The notes: generated by a model not told the origin, from the letters alone. A stretch of 64,000 nt of DNA from Salpingoeca rosetta (GCA_033442325.1 JAWQFM010000009.1:1117460-1181459), one strand, 5' to 3'; positions 27,500 through 48,430 are shown, counted from the stretch's first letter. Made by a program: numbers and translations.

Positions 27500-29043
27500 A
27501 TGAATGTCTCTTTTTGTCTCCCCGAATATTTTGCGTGTGCGTTGCCTCACCGTGACATGCCTGCTTGCTTCTTGCTTTTTGCATCCTCCTGTGTTGGGTT
27601 TCAGTTGAGGTGGCCATCTGTACGCACAAGGCGCTCTTTGCGAGTGTTCAGCAGTTCCTCCGCTGTCCGCCACAGCTTGACAAGGGTGAGCCAATTGCGG
27701 CCTGTGTGTGTGTATGTATGTATGTGTGTGTGTGCGCGCGCGCGTGTGCATGTGAGTGTGTGTGTGCGCTTGTGTCGTGTCCACATCAGTGTCCACGTAT
27801 CGTCCACACCACCGCCGCATGCATTCCACACCCCATCCCTTCACACCGCTCACCGCCGCCACACGTAACTCCAATCGCCATCACCACCACCATCAGGGCT
27901 GTCGTGCCTGTCGCGGTGCATCGTTCTCTGCCGTGACCGCCCCTGGTCCTCGCTCATCTCCTACTTTGAGACGGCATTCAAGGTGCGGGCGTGATGATGG
28001 CGGTGATTGATGCCGTGTGGAAGAGAGGAATGCATTGTGTGAGCGTGTGTGATTGCATGTGAGTCGCGTTTGCGTACGTCTTTATGAGCGAGGGAGCGAT
28101 ACATGTTAGAGGAAGGCAAATGTATTGGTTTCGATGGGAATGCACGAGGGATCTCGCTCCCTCGCTCGCTCTCGCACTCTCCTATCATCACTATCACCAT
28201 CACCATTATTTGCTGCTCCCCATCCTGTCCCTTCTCATCACCACCGCCGCCGTCGCCACCACCACCATCCAGCTGATGAAGCTGCGGCGCCACGCGTTGT
28301 GCCCCGTGCTGGAAACGCGTCCAAACGCGTTTGTGAGCATGGTTCCTCCAGACGCCGATCGGCAACAGGCGTTTGTTGATCTCCTCAAACTCTCGCGCGA
28401 CCGCATCCAGGTTCGTGTGGCCTTTGGTGTTGTGTTTGTCTGCTGTGTTGTGTTTGTAATCTGCGGTCGTGTGTTGATGGGTTGTCGTTGAGACGAATGT
28501 GTGTGTTTGTGTATGTGTGTGTTCGTTCACCCTGCTTTGACCCTGACCTGTGCTCTTGCCTCCGTTTGCGCCTGCAGCTGCTTGAGCGTGGCTCCACCTC
28601 GGAGGCGTGTGTATGGGCACTCGGCGAGCCCGTCCCAGGAACAAAGGTCTGGCGTGTGTATGTGTGTGTGTGTGTGTGTGTGTTTGTATGCATCTGTGCA
28701 TGTGTGTGCTTGTATGCATCTGTGCATGTGTGTGTGTGTGTGTTTGTGTGTGCACTTGTCTCCTCCCCTCCTTTCATTGCCTCACGGTGTCACTGGTGCG
28801 TGGTGTGTAACAGATTGCCGTCTTGACGCCGGACAAGAACGCGCTCTGCGGCGCGCAGCAGATTGGCGAGATTTGCGTCTCCAGCGCACACAACGTCAAG
28901 CGTTACACGGGCATCGGTGAGGCGCCAATGCTCTGTGTGTGCGTATGTGTGAATGGGTGTATGTGGTTTGTGTGTGTGTGTGTATGTGGTGCGCATGTGT
29001 GAATGTGCTATGTGTGTGTATGTGGTGCGCATGTGTGTATGCG

Positions 29044-29100
<57 letters not shown>

Positions 29101-30221
29101 GTCGTGTCCTTGGTATCGCATGCACTCACCACCACAACACCCACAACTGCCACAACGACGACCACGACGACCACCACCACCTCAGCCCAAGCGTCTGTGC
29201 GGAGCGTGAACCGGCGGCTGCTTGGTGCGCACCTCCCCGGGCGACAGGAGGCGTATGCGCGCACAGGCCTGTACGGGTTCCTGCACGACGGACAGGTGTT
29301 TGTGGTCGGCAACAGGGAGGATGACGTCACCCAGCTTGGCCTCAGGTAACGCCGGCAGTGCTGGCGGTGGCGGTGATGGTGACAATGATTGTCAACAGTG
29401 GAGGTGCCACTGTTCCTGGAAGGCTGTTTGAGGTGATTTGCCAGTGACAAGTGGCTTTGCCGGCTTCTCCTTCGACTCCTTCGACTTTCTTGCTCACCAA
29501 CCCCCCCCCCCCAACACACACACACACACACATTACTGCTGGCACGTTCTTGGGTTGCTTGCAGGCACCATCCCGTGGACATTGAGGACACGATTGAGCG
29601 CGCGTTTACGTTCATTGAGATTGGCGGGTGCGCGGTGTTTGGCATGGGCGACTATGTGATTGTCGCTGTTGAGGCAGAGGAGCTGCAGCAGCCCGTGCTC
29701 ACCGCCGCCCCACGCATCATCTCCCTCTGCATGAACAAGCACAGGGTGAGTTTTTTTTTTTTTTTGTTTTTTTTTCCAAGTGGTCGTCACGGTACTCGGC
29801 CTGGGGTGGTTGGGAGAGGAAGGGAGGGAGGAGGGGAGGAGGCTGGTGTTGATGCCTGCACTTTGCGAGTGTGGCGTTGCGCTTGCTGTGTGACCGCTGT
29901 GTTTCGTGGTGTTGCCCTCCCAATCAACCACGCCCTCCCTGCACTGCCTCACCTTCCTTCCACACACGTGTCTCTGCTTTCCCGCCAACTCCCCCCCCCA
30001 ACTTTTTTTCCCCGCTTGCTTCCATCTCACATGCGTCCATCCACAACCAACCACCAATGATGCACCCGCACCAGGTTGTGGTGAATGCGGTGATGTTTCT
30101 GCAGCGTGACTCCATCCCCATGGACTCTGGCGGCATGAAGCAACGGCAGCTGCTCAAGCACCTCATCACCAGCGGCCAGCTCAAGCCCGCGCACGCCATC
30201 CTCAACCACACCATGGCTTGA
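19347..30221 (+). CDS. DIP2: Disco-interacting protein 2 homolog (DMAP1-binding domain + two FAAL-like adenylation-fold domains), multi-exon
   Basis: Spliced N-terminus [15 protein letters not shown]|[11 protein letters not shown] matches the DMAP1-binding motif. Second domain [21 protein letters not shown] and [19 protein letters not shown]|[13 protein letters not shown]-terminus [25 protein letters not shown] resembles the DIP2 end IPINSRGEKQRMHL. Confidence 0.92.
19681..19766. repeat. (CCAA)n tetranucleotide microsatellite just before the acceptor of DIP2 intron 1
   Basis: Directly visible run ccaaccaacc... Confidence 0.97.
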
Positions 30222-30748
30222 TGATGCGCACACGTGCATGCGCACGTTATCTGTGCTTTCTAGTGTGGGTGTGCGCGCGTGCGTGTGTGTGTGTGTGCAT
30301 GCGTGTGTGTGTGCATGCGTGTGTGTGTGCATGCGAAAGTGTGTACATGACGTTGCTTCTTACATGGAATAGCTTTTTGGGCGTTATGTGTTGTTGAATC
30401 ACAGCATCCCGCATCATCGTCCCCAACAGTCCCGTGTGTTTTGTGTGCTTCCAGCGTCGTGTTATGTTGTTACTTTGAGCTGTTCGTTCCTGATCGCTGT
30501 TTTCTTTATCTGCTCCTACACTGAAGCGTAATCGTGTGTGAAAGCCGACCCTTGTGTCCCATTCATTGATTCATTGTCACTGTGTACAAATATACCCATC
30601 TTAACCAACACGCGCGCGGGTGCAACGCGACAAGGGCAGGATTCAGAGAAAGATGCCGAGGCAACGGAGGGAGAGGCATGATTTGATGTTGGCAATGGGA
30701 CAGAGACACAGCAACATGGCAGAGGAAGGGAATGGGGTCGGATATGAT

Positions 30749-30830
<82 letters not shown>

Positions 30831-30867
30831 GGGGGGGTGGAGTGTGTGTGTGTATGAGTGAGAGAGA

Positions 30868-30933
<66 letters not shown>

Positions 30934-31050
30934 TACAGACACACACACACACACACATTCACACAATTTCACACACACACAGATACAGACACACACACAC
31001 ACACATTCACACAATTTCACACACACACACATACACACACTCAGCAAGTT

Positions 31051-32583
<1,533 letters not shown>

Positions 32584-32883
32584 GTTGGTGGTTGTTGGCG
32601 TTGTTGTCAGCGTTGTTGTTGGTGTTTGTGATGTGACACTCGTTTCTCTCACCCCCACCCACACAACCCAGTCTCACTCTCACACTCTCGCTTCACTTGC
32701 TGCTTGTTGCTTGTTTGTATTCACGTCACCAACACGTTGAGCCTGACACACGTCACACCTTCTACTCACATACACACACGCACAAACGTTGTGTGGCGCA
32801 CTGAACACGCCTCGTGCCACACACCCTACGCACAGGAACGCCACGCACTGCGGCACCAGCAGTCACGCACACGAGCCACCACA

Positions 32884-34385
32884 TCACTGCCAAAGACCGC
32901 AGAACAAGGAAGCAAGCCGCAAGTGAGATTGGTGGTGGGGAGGTGGTGGTGGAGGTGGTGTGTAGTGATCAGAGAGGTATGGCATGGGCCCCCCATGTGC
33001 AAGTGTAACGGATGACCATGTTGGGCAGACACAAGCCGACACACATGCCAATACAACCGCAACGGCGCGCAGGCACAAAAGCACATACACAGACACATGT
33101 ACACACACCCAGACATATGCACATGCACACACACGTACATATGCACACAGACACACAGACACACAGACACACAGACACACACACACACACACACACTTAC
33201 ACATGCACACACACACTCTCTCTTTTCTCCTCCCTACACACGCGGACAACTTCCTTTCCCGTCCCCCCCCCGTCTGCCCAACAAAGATACGTACGTTCTT
33301 GACTTTGATGTTGTACTTCTTCTGGTAGTCGGCAAGGTTCTTGTTCGTTGTCTCCAGCTGCTTCTGCAGCTGCTTCACCAAATCCTCAATCTGTAGCAAG
33401 GGATAATGAGCAGGCAGGCAATTTCACAGATCAGTGCTTGTGTGGTTGTGCGTGTTTGTGCATGCGTGTGCTTGCGGTGAAGCGAAACAACAGCGCCAAG
33501 GACCGCCGAACAGGAAAGTCTCAGAAACAACGAAAGTAACACCAACAGAAACACACACACACATGCAAACGCAAAGCTGTGTACCTGTGACTTGTTTTGT
33601 TTGATGGCGGGAAGCACCTCGGCAACTGTGCGCTCGATGAGGACGCCGCTGACCATTCGGAAGCACTTGCGGTCGGCTTCTGTCTTGCTTAGCGCATCCT
33701 CCACAACCCTGTTGTTGGAGGTGAGGGACAGCAGTGTGCGTGTGTGTGCGTGTGTGTGCGTGTGTGTGCGTGTGTGTGCGTGTGTGTGCGTGCGTGTGTT
33801 GTGTGGAGCATGCTTTCATCAGTGACACGGCAACGCACAGGAAAAGAGAAAGTGTAGTGTTGCGCAGTCACACGGATACACCACGCCATCCGCAATCTAA
33901 CTCTTCATTCACCAACACGTGGGCGCACATACTTTGCCCCCCCCCCCCCTTACACACATACACGCACTTACACATACATACACGCACACGCATACACGCA
34001 TACACGCATACACGCATACACGCATACACGCACACGCATACACGCACACGCACACATGCACACGTGCTTTGTGAACGGACTTGTGTTCTTCCACGTCGCC
34101 GCCGAGCTCAGCAATCTTCTGGTTCAACTCCATCTGTTGCTGGCGCATCTGCTGGAAACGGTAGACGATCTCCTGATCGCTTGGGCGCTCCTCGGACCTG
34201 CCGCCATCCACACACGCACACATCACAACAAAGCAACCACACGTGAGCAGTGACAACAACGAGCAAAGACAAAGGCAAAGCAGCAAAGCAGCAAAGCAGC
34301 AAAGCAGCAAAGCAGCAAAGTAGCAAAGCAGCAAAGCAGCAAAGCAGCAAAGCAGCAAAGCAGCGACTACATCCACCACCCACAT
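32884..34385 (-). CDS. PFDN2: Prefoldin subunit 2 (exact first and last exons uncertain)
   Basis: Exons encode [68 protein letters not shown] and [31 protein letters not shown]. RKCFRMVxGVLxERTV is the PFDN2 signature. Confidence 0.9.
34276..34364. repeat. (GCAGCAAA)n 8-bp tandem repeat in the first PFDN2 intron
   Basis: About 10 near-perfect copies of cagcaaag. Confidence 0.93.
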
Positions 34386-35032
34386 GATTGGCTGTGTTGG
34401 TTGGTGTGGTCGGTTTGGTTGCCTGCTCGCTTTTCCTTGTTGTGTGAGAAGGCAAAATTGCCTTTGCGCGTCGTCAATTTTGACCTTCAAGGTGGGCGAG
34501 CACAAAAAGAAGAAGAGCCAAAAGCAGAGCTCTGTTGTGTTTTGTGTGTGTTTTACCCCTTGCTTCTTGTTCCACACAAACAAAAGAGCCAAAAACGCAG
34601 CAACCACCAGCACCAGCGCTGCGCTCCGCCTTGCTTGCTTGCTGACAGAGTGTTGTTTTGGGGTGTGTCCACTCAGCTTCTTGAGCGCCACCCGTCCGTG
34701 TCGCGGTTCACACCCTTTCGCTTGTCGTCGCAAGTGGGTTGCAGTGCCAAGCACCCATCGCTGCCCCTCGAGTTGGCAGTGAGACCCTTCACCACTTTAC
34801 ACGACTTCCAGGGCGTCCTCTTCCTTCCTGGTGTTTTGGTTGGTTGGTTGGTTCGTGTGCTGAAGGTGGCTGTCGACACTCTTGTATTCCACCAAACACA
34901 CACACACACACACAAACACACACATACACACATCAACACACACATACATACACACACACACATACACACATCAACACACACACACACACATACACACACA
35001 TACACAGACACATACACACAAGCACCACCACC

Positions 35033-36079
35033 ATGTCGGAGGAGAGCATCAACAGCACAGACGGCCCCACGCTGCCGCCGAAAGCGTCCCACCAGCACAA
35101 CCGACAACAGCAACAACAGCAGCAGGCAGCTACCACAGCAACAGCTACAGCAGCAACACGACAGAAGCAGAGCGACCGCTTTGTGGAGGTCACGCTGGAG
35201 CGTGATCCCAAAGTTGGCTTTGGCTTCTCCATCTACGGCGGGCAAGTCATGCCGGGCGCCCTCATCATGCTCCCCGTGCGCATCTGCAAAATGAAGCCCA
35301 ACACTCCGGCCAGCCTGAGCGGCAAAATCAAGATCGACCACCGCATTGTCGCCATCAACGGGACGGACGTGTCCAGCTCCAGCCACGGCGACGTGGTGCG
35401 CTTGCTCAAGGCGTCTCCAGAGACACTCGTGCTTCGCCTGCAGGACGACATTGAGGAGGCGCAGTCCATCCTCAAGCACCAGCTCAAGGCCACGGGCCTC
35501 AGAAACGCAGACCAGGACAAGCGACGGCAGCAGCAGCAACAACAACAACAGCAGCAGCAGCAGCAAAACACCAAGGAGAGCGCTGGCCAAGAAGCGCAGG
35601 GCAGCAAGAGTGAAAGCGGTGGGAAGGCAAACAACGAGGCTGCACAACAGCAGGCGTCTGTGCTCAAACCCGGCGCACAGGCGTATCTGCCGGGCAAGAC
35701 ACAGGATGCCACGGACGCATCGTCGTCGGCAGCGCAGGCGGTGAACGAAACCGTCCGCATCATGTACAACTTCAACGGGTCAGACCCCTCTGAGCTGACG
35801 TTGCAGCGCGCAGACCTCGTGCACGTGAGCATCCGGCGCAGTGACGGGTGGTGTCTTGGCCGCTGCTTCCGGACAGGGCAGCAGGGGCTGTTCCCAGGTA
35901 ACTTTGCATCGAAGGTGCGCCTGAAGCCCATGCAGCAGCAGGCGGAGAGCATATACGCGGAGATCCAGCACGTGGCGGGCGACTCTGCAGAGAACATCTA
36001 CGAGGAGCTTGGCCAGGAGCGCGCCGGCAGCAACAAGGACAGCAGACCGCGCACACCAACATACCAGCACCTGCCACCC

Positions 36080-36111
<32 letters not shown>

Positions 36112-38193
36112 GTCATCTGGGAAGCAGGAGGAGGACCCATACGGGCAACCATACCCGACAGCACAACAGCAGCAGCAGCAGCAGGGGCAACAAGAGGAGA
36201 TCTACCAGCCCATGCGTGAGCAGGTGGTGCGTCGCACGCAGGACGCCATTGAGCTTGCAAACGGCGACATTTACGCGGTAGTGGCAAAACCGCCTGTCCG
36301 GCGGCCATACGAGGAGGAGGCGGTGTACTCCACGGCCGGCCACGTGGACGAAGCGGGGCCGCAGTATGTGTATGACGATGATGACGACAGCATGCTGTAT
36401 GCCAAGCTGGATGACGTGGACGGCGATGGCGCCCCGCCCCCAGTCCCATCTCGAAAGTCAGTAGTGCTAGTTGTGTGTATGTGTGTATGTGTGTATGTGT
36501 GTTTTGTGTGTGTATGTGTGTTTTGTGTGTGTATGTGTGTATGTGTGTGTGTGTGCGTGTGCGTGTGTGTGTGTGTGTCCATGCGCACTGTATGTGTGGG
36601 TGTTGTGCGTTCAAGCGTATGCACACGTGTGCCTGTGCGCCAACGCTTGACCAACTGACCAACCAACCAATCGATGCACGTGTCCACAGGTACGACGCCA
36701 CGCTGCTGCCGGCACTACAGCAGACGCGAGCGGACAGCATCTACGAGTCTCTGTATGACAGCGTCGACGACAGGAGTGTCGCTTACGTCTCAACATCAGA
36801 CATGGTACGCAGCCAAGCTGCGCTGTGTCGTGCATTTCGTGTGTACGCGCGTGTGTGCGATGCTAATTGCATACATGCACGTTGGGCCACTGGTTCCTTG
36901 TTATTGCATGTTGAGCATCTGCTGTTGCATCATCCTCCACATCGCCTTTCGTGTGCACCTTCACCCACTCCAGCCCCTACTCGCGTTCCTACTCACTCCT
37001 CCCTCCGCTCAACCATCAACCATCAACCATCAACCACCGCTCCCCTGCACCCCCCTCCCACCTGCAGGGCACTGTGGACGACACGTACGCCAGCCTGCCC
37101 TCGTCCCTGCTCTACGCTGCGCTGCCCATGGTCCCACCGGTACGTGGCCTCGATGCACGACATCATGCCGCTCGCTGTTCTGGATGTTGTCGCGTTTGCA
37201 TCAATGGCTGGTTGGTTGGGTGGTTGGTTGATTGGTTGCTTGGGTGGTGGTGGTGGTTTGGGAGGGGGGGAAGCTGGCTATGCATTGGTTGTGGTCGTGG
37301 TGCGTACAAGCCTCAAGCACCATTCCTTAGCACCATCCGAGTTAATCGCCCATACAACTTCGCCACCCTCCTACCCCACCACCCTTCCCACTGACTCACA
37401 CCACGCTTCCTCTGCTTCCCTCCCCCCCCTGTATGGCGGGCAGGCGGTTGAGGAGGATGTGAGCGAGCGCAACCCGGACCAGAACATGGCGCCCGCCGTT
37501 GATCTTGCATCCCATCCGTCGCAGCAGCACCAACACAGCAGCCAGCAGCAGCAGGGGCAGCAGGAAGGCGCAAACGGAAGGGAAGGCGCAGGCAGCGACA
37601 GCCACAATGGTACTGGTGATGGTGGTGCTGTGAATGGAACATCACCTGCCTCGGCACCATCATCGTCGTCGTCACTGCCATCACCATCATCGCCGCTGGA
37701 GGGAGGGACGGATGGTGGCGTTGTGCGCAAACTCACGCGCAAGGAGAAGAGGGAGCAGAAGAAGAAGGAGAAGGAGCAGAAGAAGAAGGAGGCGGAGGAG
37801 AGGAAAGAGAAGAAGAGGAGGGACAAGGAGCAGAAGAAGAGGGAGAAGAAGCAGAAGAAGGAAGCAGAGGAGAAGAGGAAGAAGGACGACAAGGAACAGA
37901 AGAAGCTTGAGAAGCAGCGCAGCAAGCAGGAGGTGCGGCCGCGATCGGGCTCGCGTCGGTTCACATTCCGCCGCTCAAAGGGAACGCAGCAGCAGGAGAC
38001 GGAGAAGGAGTTGAAGGAGAAGGATGAGGTGGAGGGGAAGGGGAAGGGGGTGGACAGAGGAAAGGAAGACGTTGGTGATGGTGGTTTGAAGGGTGCTGAT
38101 GAGGGAACACCGGCTGTGGAGGTTGGCGGCGTTGAACAGCAAGACACCACAGCAACAGAAACAGCAGCGGCAGCAGCAGGAGCCAGCGAGTAG
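35033..38193 (+). CDS. PDZ + SH3 adaptor with multiple Tyr motifs and Lys/Glu-rich C-terminal segment
   Basis: Exons 35033-36456, 36690-36804, 37068-37139, 37444-38193. PDZ FVEVTLERDPKVGFGFSIYGG..TPASLSGKIKIDHRIVAINGTDV..HGDVVRLLK. SH3 IMYNFNGSDPSELTLQRADLV..DGWCLG..GLFPGNFA. Motifs IYAEI, IYEEL, IYQPM, IYAVV, LYAKL, IYESL. Confidence 0.88.
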
Positions 38194-38460
38194 TCGTAGT
38201 GCTGGTGTCAGTGGTCGAGGCCATTCATGGGCGGTTGAGGTCATGGGCGGTTGAGGACGAGGGCTCATGTGTCATTGCGATCACAGCATTTGAATGGAGA
38301 TGTGCTGGCCTGCTCGGTTGATTGTTTTTTTTTTTTTTTTTTTTGTTAAAGCTGTGGCATGAGAGCTTCATATGTACTGGTTATCCCTTCTTCCTCCTGT
38401 TTGGTTTGCGCACGCGCGTTTTTTGTTCATCTTATTTCACATGCTCTCTCTCTCTCTCTC

Positions 38461-38532
<72 letters not shown>

Positions 38533-38808
38533 AAGAGCGCGACAAGTGCATCGGCGTCACATGGGAGGTGCTTCTTGCTTGTGAGCGTGCTTTTATTGAT
38601 GGTCTTACCAACCATCCATTTGCTTCGTTTCTCCACTGCCACTCTTACTGTCCATGCTTGATGCTTCTTGCGTCTTGGCCGTCGGGTTGGGTTGTTGTCA
38701 ATACATTCACAACACACGCAGATGGAGACAGGGGACGGAGGGGGTTCAAGTAAAAAATGAAACACATGACACGGCGCACGCACAACCAGCCAAACGAAAC
38801 AGCTCTTT

Positions 38809-38831
38809 CATCATCATCATCATCATCATCG

Positions 38832-38870
<39 letters not shown>
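38809..38870. repeat. (CAT)n/(ATG)n trinucleotide repeat at the LZIC stop and 3'UTR
   Basis: Directly visible run catcatcat... Confidence 0.95.
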
Positions 38871-40414
<1,544 letters not shown>

Positions 40415-40751
40415 TCAGCGTTTCGGCGTCGTGTGTTGCCTTCTTGCTTCTTGGTCACTCAGGGTGTTTGTGTTGTGCTTTGGCGCTGCTGCGTTGTAGA
40501 ATTTTGGCGAATGTTTTCAAGTGCTTTTCGAATTTGGAGCGCAACACACCACACGAGCACCAAAACATCGCTCGCTCATTCATCATCCAGCGTGCTTGTG
40601 AGTGAGGGGATACACAACTTTGTCGCCCACACCCTCCCCCTTTCCTCTCTGTCTCTCTCTCTCCAAATCCGTCGGCCATTCGCACGCCGTTCCTTTCGCC
40701 CATCTCTCTCTCTCTCTCTCTTTTTCTCCGTGTGGATAACAACAGCCAACC

Positions 40752-41435
40752 ATGCAGACGCCGTACCACTTCTTCCTGGCCATGCTTATGCTGGTGTCGG
40801 GATCCATCAACACCATCACCACAAAGTGCGTGCACGTGGTGGTTGCGTTGTCCTTGAGTTTTGCTGGGGATTGCTTGTGTGAGTCTCATCGACGATTGTG
40901 CAAGGGTCGCTTTCATGCATGTTCTTCATGGCGCACACTCACACACTTCATCGTACACTTGCCACACGCACACGCACACGCACACACACGCACACACACA
41001 CGCACACACGCTTGGTTGGGTGAAGGTATGCCGATATCACCTGCGGTTATGGCGTTCCATACTTCCCGCGTGACCAGAGTGCATCGGACAACTCCTGTCC
41101 GGATCGCAGTGAAGGACAGCACGTGTTTGACCATCCATTCGTGCAGGTACACGCCACGATCTCTCCTTTGTCGCTCTGTGTGTGTGTGTGTGTGTGTTGT
41201 GCGGTGGCTGACCAAGCGGTTCTGGCGCTGGTGGGCACCCTGATTTGTTGGCTTCGCTCACCATTTGCTTGATCTCTTTCATGTCCTCTCTTCTAGGCCC
41301 TGGCCATGTTCATCGGCGAGTTCACATGCCTGTGCGCCTTTGTGCTGGGTCGCTGGTGGCAACGATGCCGCGTAAGTTGTTGGACGTGTGTAAATGAGAG
41401 TGTGTACATGTGTGATGCCTGCTTCTGTGTTGTGC

Positions 41436-41484
<49 letters not shown>

Positions 41485-42476
41485 CGTATATATATGTGTG
41501 TGTGTGTGTAAATGAGAGTGGGTAATGTATGTTTGCCTGCGTTTGTGTTGTGCATGTGTGTGTGCACGTGTGTGTACGATTGCCTGTCGTGTCTTATGTG
41601 CTGTGTTGGTTTGCTGATCTTGTTATCCTTGAAGTACCATCCTTTTGCTCCCATCCGACCATCGCAACTCCCTCTTTGCACCCTGTGCAACCTGTCACGC
41701 CCGCTCACACGCTTGCATCGCTCCTGCAGGGACGCGAGCCGCCAAAGGTCAAGGATTTCAACCCCATCATCTTCCTCCTCCCAGCGCTCTGCGATTGCAC
41801 CGTACGTCATGGCACGTGGTCCTGTGTGTATTGGTGTATGGCGATGAGAGCGTCGATGAGCGTCGTGCATGGGGTGCCTGCCCATCAGCGTTCCCTGTTG
41901 CGTGGGAGTGAGACATAACTGCTGCGCAATGTGGCTGCTGTTCCTCTGTGGTTTGTCACGTTGTTGTCTCACCTCCATTACCAACACGCCTTCCTCACGT
42001 CGACACGTATTGGCTGCCACTTCCTGCATGTGTGTGTGTGTGTGTGCAGGCGACCAGCACCATGTATGTCGGCCTGACCCTCACCTTTGCGTCCCAGTTC
42101 CAGGTCCGATTTCGAGTGTGCATTCATGTGTGTGTGCGTGTGTGCGTGCGTGTGTGCGTGCATGTGTTTGTGTATGTGCGTTTGTGCATGTGTTTGTGTA
42201 TGTGCGTCTGTGTGCGTGTGAATAAATTCGCCTGTTTGCGCTCTCTTCCCCCGACTGTAATCGTCGACTGTCACATCACCGCCTCCCATCACACCCCATC
42301 ATCCCTCACCCTCACTGCCCTCCCCCTCTTCATATTGCGTTGTGGTTTTCCCGCCATTTCCAGATGCTGCGCGGTAGCGTGATCATCTTCACCGGTCTTC
42401 TCAGCCGCTTCTGGCTCAAGAAGCCCCTCAAGGGCTACCAATGGGTCCGTTTGCCTAGCTGACCTGTGTGTGTGTG

Positions 42477-42508
<32 letters not shown>

Positions 42509-43339
42509 CGTGTGTGTGTGCGTGTGTGGGTGTGGGTGTGGGTGTGTGTGTGCGTGTGCGTGTGTGTGTGTGCGTGTGCGTGTGCGTGTGCGTGTGCGTG
42601 TGCGTGTGTGTGTGCGTGTGCGTGTGTGTGCTTGCATTTGTCGTGCGCGCGTGGCGATGTTGGTGCGATCGTGCGGCTCACGTTTCCAACCACTCCACAT
42701 CCATCCCACCCCACCCCACCCTTCCAAATCAGGCTGGCATGGTGCTTGTGCTTGCTGGCCTGGTGTGTGTTGGCCTGGCTGCCTTCTTCAGCGGCGCCAG
42801 CGGCGCGCAGGCGCGAAACCCGATCCTCGGCGATGCCCTCATCATCGCAGCCCAGGTAAGGAAGGTGTTTGTTGCTTGGTGGCTTGGTTGCTCGGTGGCT
42901 TGGTTGGTTGCTTGTTCGTGCCGTTTGCTTCGGCGCTTGCTTGCTTGCTATTTTGTTGCGCAAGCACCCAATCCCCCTCACCACCACCACCACCACCACG
43001 ACGACGACCACCACCACCAACACTGTGCCGCGTGTTTCCCTTCCGCTGCCTGCAGCTTGTTGTCGCCGTGCAGATGGTGGTTGAGGAGAAGTTCCTGACC
43101 AAGTACGAGGTGCCTGCGCTGCTTGCTGTTGGCTGGGAGGGCGTCTTTGGCCTCCTTGTCATGTCGACGCTCTCCATGATCTTCTTCTACATCCCCGGGC
43201 CCCGCGCCGGCGGCACTTTTGAGAACATCAACGACGCCATTGTCCAGGTCGGGCCCTGTGATGTGATGTGGTTTGTTTTGGTTCGGTTTGTTTGCGTGTG
43301 TGTGTGGGGGGGGGGTGGAATAGCGAACAATATCTAGTC

Positions 43340-43418
<79 letters not shown>

Positions 43419-43796
43419 TCACATGGCTGGTGGCTTGACCGCGTACACTTGCACATTTCCTCACACCTCTCTGTCGCATCGCTGCATGTGTGCTCGCAAC
43501 AGATCTTCGGCACGTGGCAGATTGGCCTTGCGATTGGCGGCACCATCTGCTCCATCGCCGTCTTCAACTTCAGCGGCATCAGGTGCACACGGACGCACAC
43601 AATCAACTGCAGCGTGTTTATTTGCACACACGCACACATGCTCACGCTCTTACGTCCTCACACACACACGCACACACACGCACACACACACACACAAGCA
43701 CACACTCACACACACTCACACACACACTCACACACACACACTCACTCACTCACTCACTCACTCACTCACTCACTCACTCACTCACTCACTCACTCA

Positions 43797-43845
<49 letters not shown>

Positions 43846-44432
43846 TCACTCACTCACTCGCATGCGCACGAGTACAGCGTGACGAAGGAGATGTCCGCCA
43901 CGACGCGCATGGTGCTTGACTCTGTGCGGACGCTGACAATTTGGGCATACGGCCTTGGCGTCGGCTGGGAGACGTTCGCGCCGCTGCAGATTGTCGGCTT
44001 TGCGCTGCTGCTGCTGGGCACGTTTGTGTACAACAACCTGCTCATTGTTCCGCTCATGCGCAAATACGGCATTCTCCGCCCGGAGGAGCCCGAGGCCAAG
44101 GAGCGTCTCATTGTACGTTGCGTCATGGAGATGCGGAGGGGAGAGGCAGGGGCACTGTTGGTGTGGTGTATGTGTGTGCATGTGCGTTGCCCTCTTTGTG
44201 CCTGTGTGTGCGTTATCGAGTGTTGGATATCATCCCCCCCCCCGCACACACACACACACATGCACTTGCAAGTGTAAGCTCTTTGTGGTACCTGCGGGGA
44301 TGGCAAGACGTTGCTGGTGGTGTGGACTGCACTCACTGCGCGCCGTGTGTGCTATGCATGCGTTTCCATGCTTCAAAGCAGGCGGACAACACGTACGACG
44401 AGAAGCAGCCTCTGCTGGTCAACAGGGATTAG
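40752..44432 (+). CDS. SLC35F6: Solute carrier family 35 member F6-like (DMT/nucleotide-sugar transporter fold)
   Basis: MLVSGSINTITTK, FDHPFVQALAMFIGEFTCL, FLLPALCD, ASQFQMLRGSVIIFTG, QMVVEEKFL..VPALLAVGWEGVFG, FNFSGISVTKEMSATTRMVLDSVRT. C-terminal dileucine motif EKQPLL. Confidence 0.92.
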
Positions 44433-44912
44433 GATCACACGCGCCATCCACCACGCCATCCACCATCACCACCATCATCGCCACCATGACTACCACCAGC
44501 AACAGGCCACTTCAACTACCACAACTACCCCTGCAACGACGATTGCGGCTTTGGACATGGCTCACGCACATACACACACACATACACACATCACGATACA
44601 CAACGCCATCGCACTTCGCTTTCCTGCCCCCATTCTACCACACTGCATCGACAAAGTAGAGAGAGAGGAGAAGAGAAGAGACACCAGGCGCCCACCACCT
44701 TCGTTTGCCTGCCTTGCTTGTTGTTGCTTGTCTGTTCGTGTGCTCGTTTGTTCGTTTGCCTTTGCTTGTCTGTTCGTGTGCTCGTTGTACCCCAACGTTG
44801 TGTATTGCTGCGGATGTGTTTCAACTGCTGTGCTTCGATGACCTTTGACACATGCATGATTTGAAATATACAAACAACCAACCCAAACAGCAAATCCAAA
44901 CAAACAACAACA

Positions 44913-48430
<3,518 letters not shown>

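Noticed and set aside
34276-34364. Short tandem repeats as a CRISPR-like array
   Set aside because: No unique spacers and no cas genes; eukaryotic intronic minisatellite.
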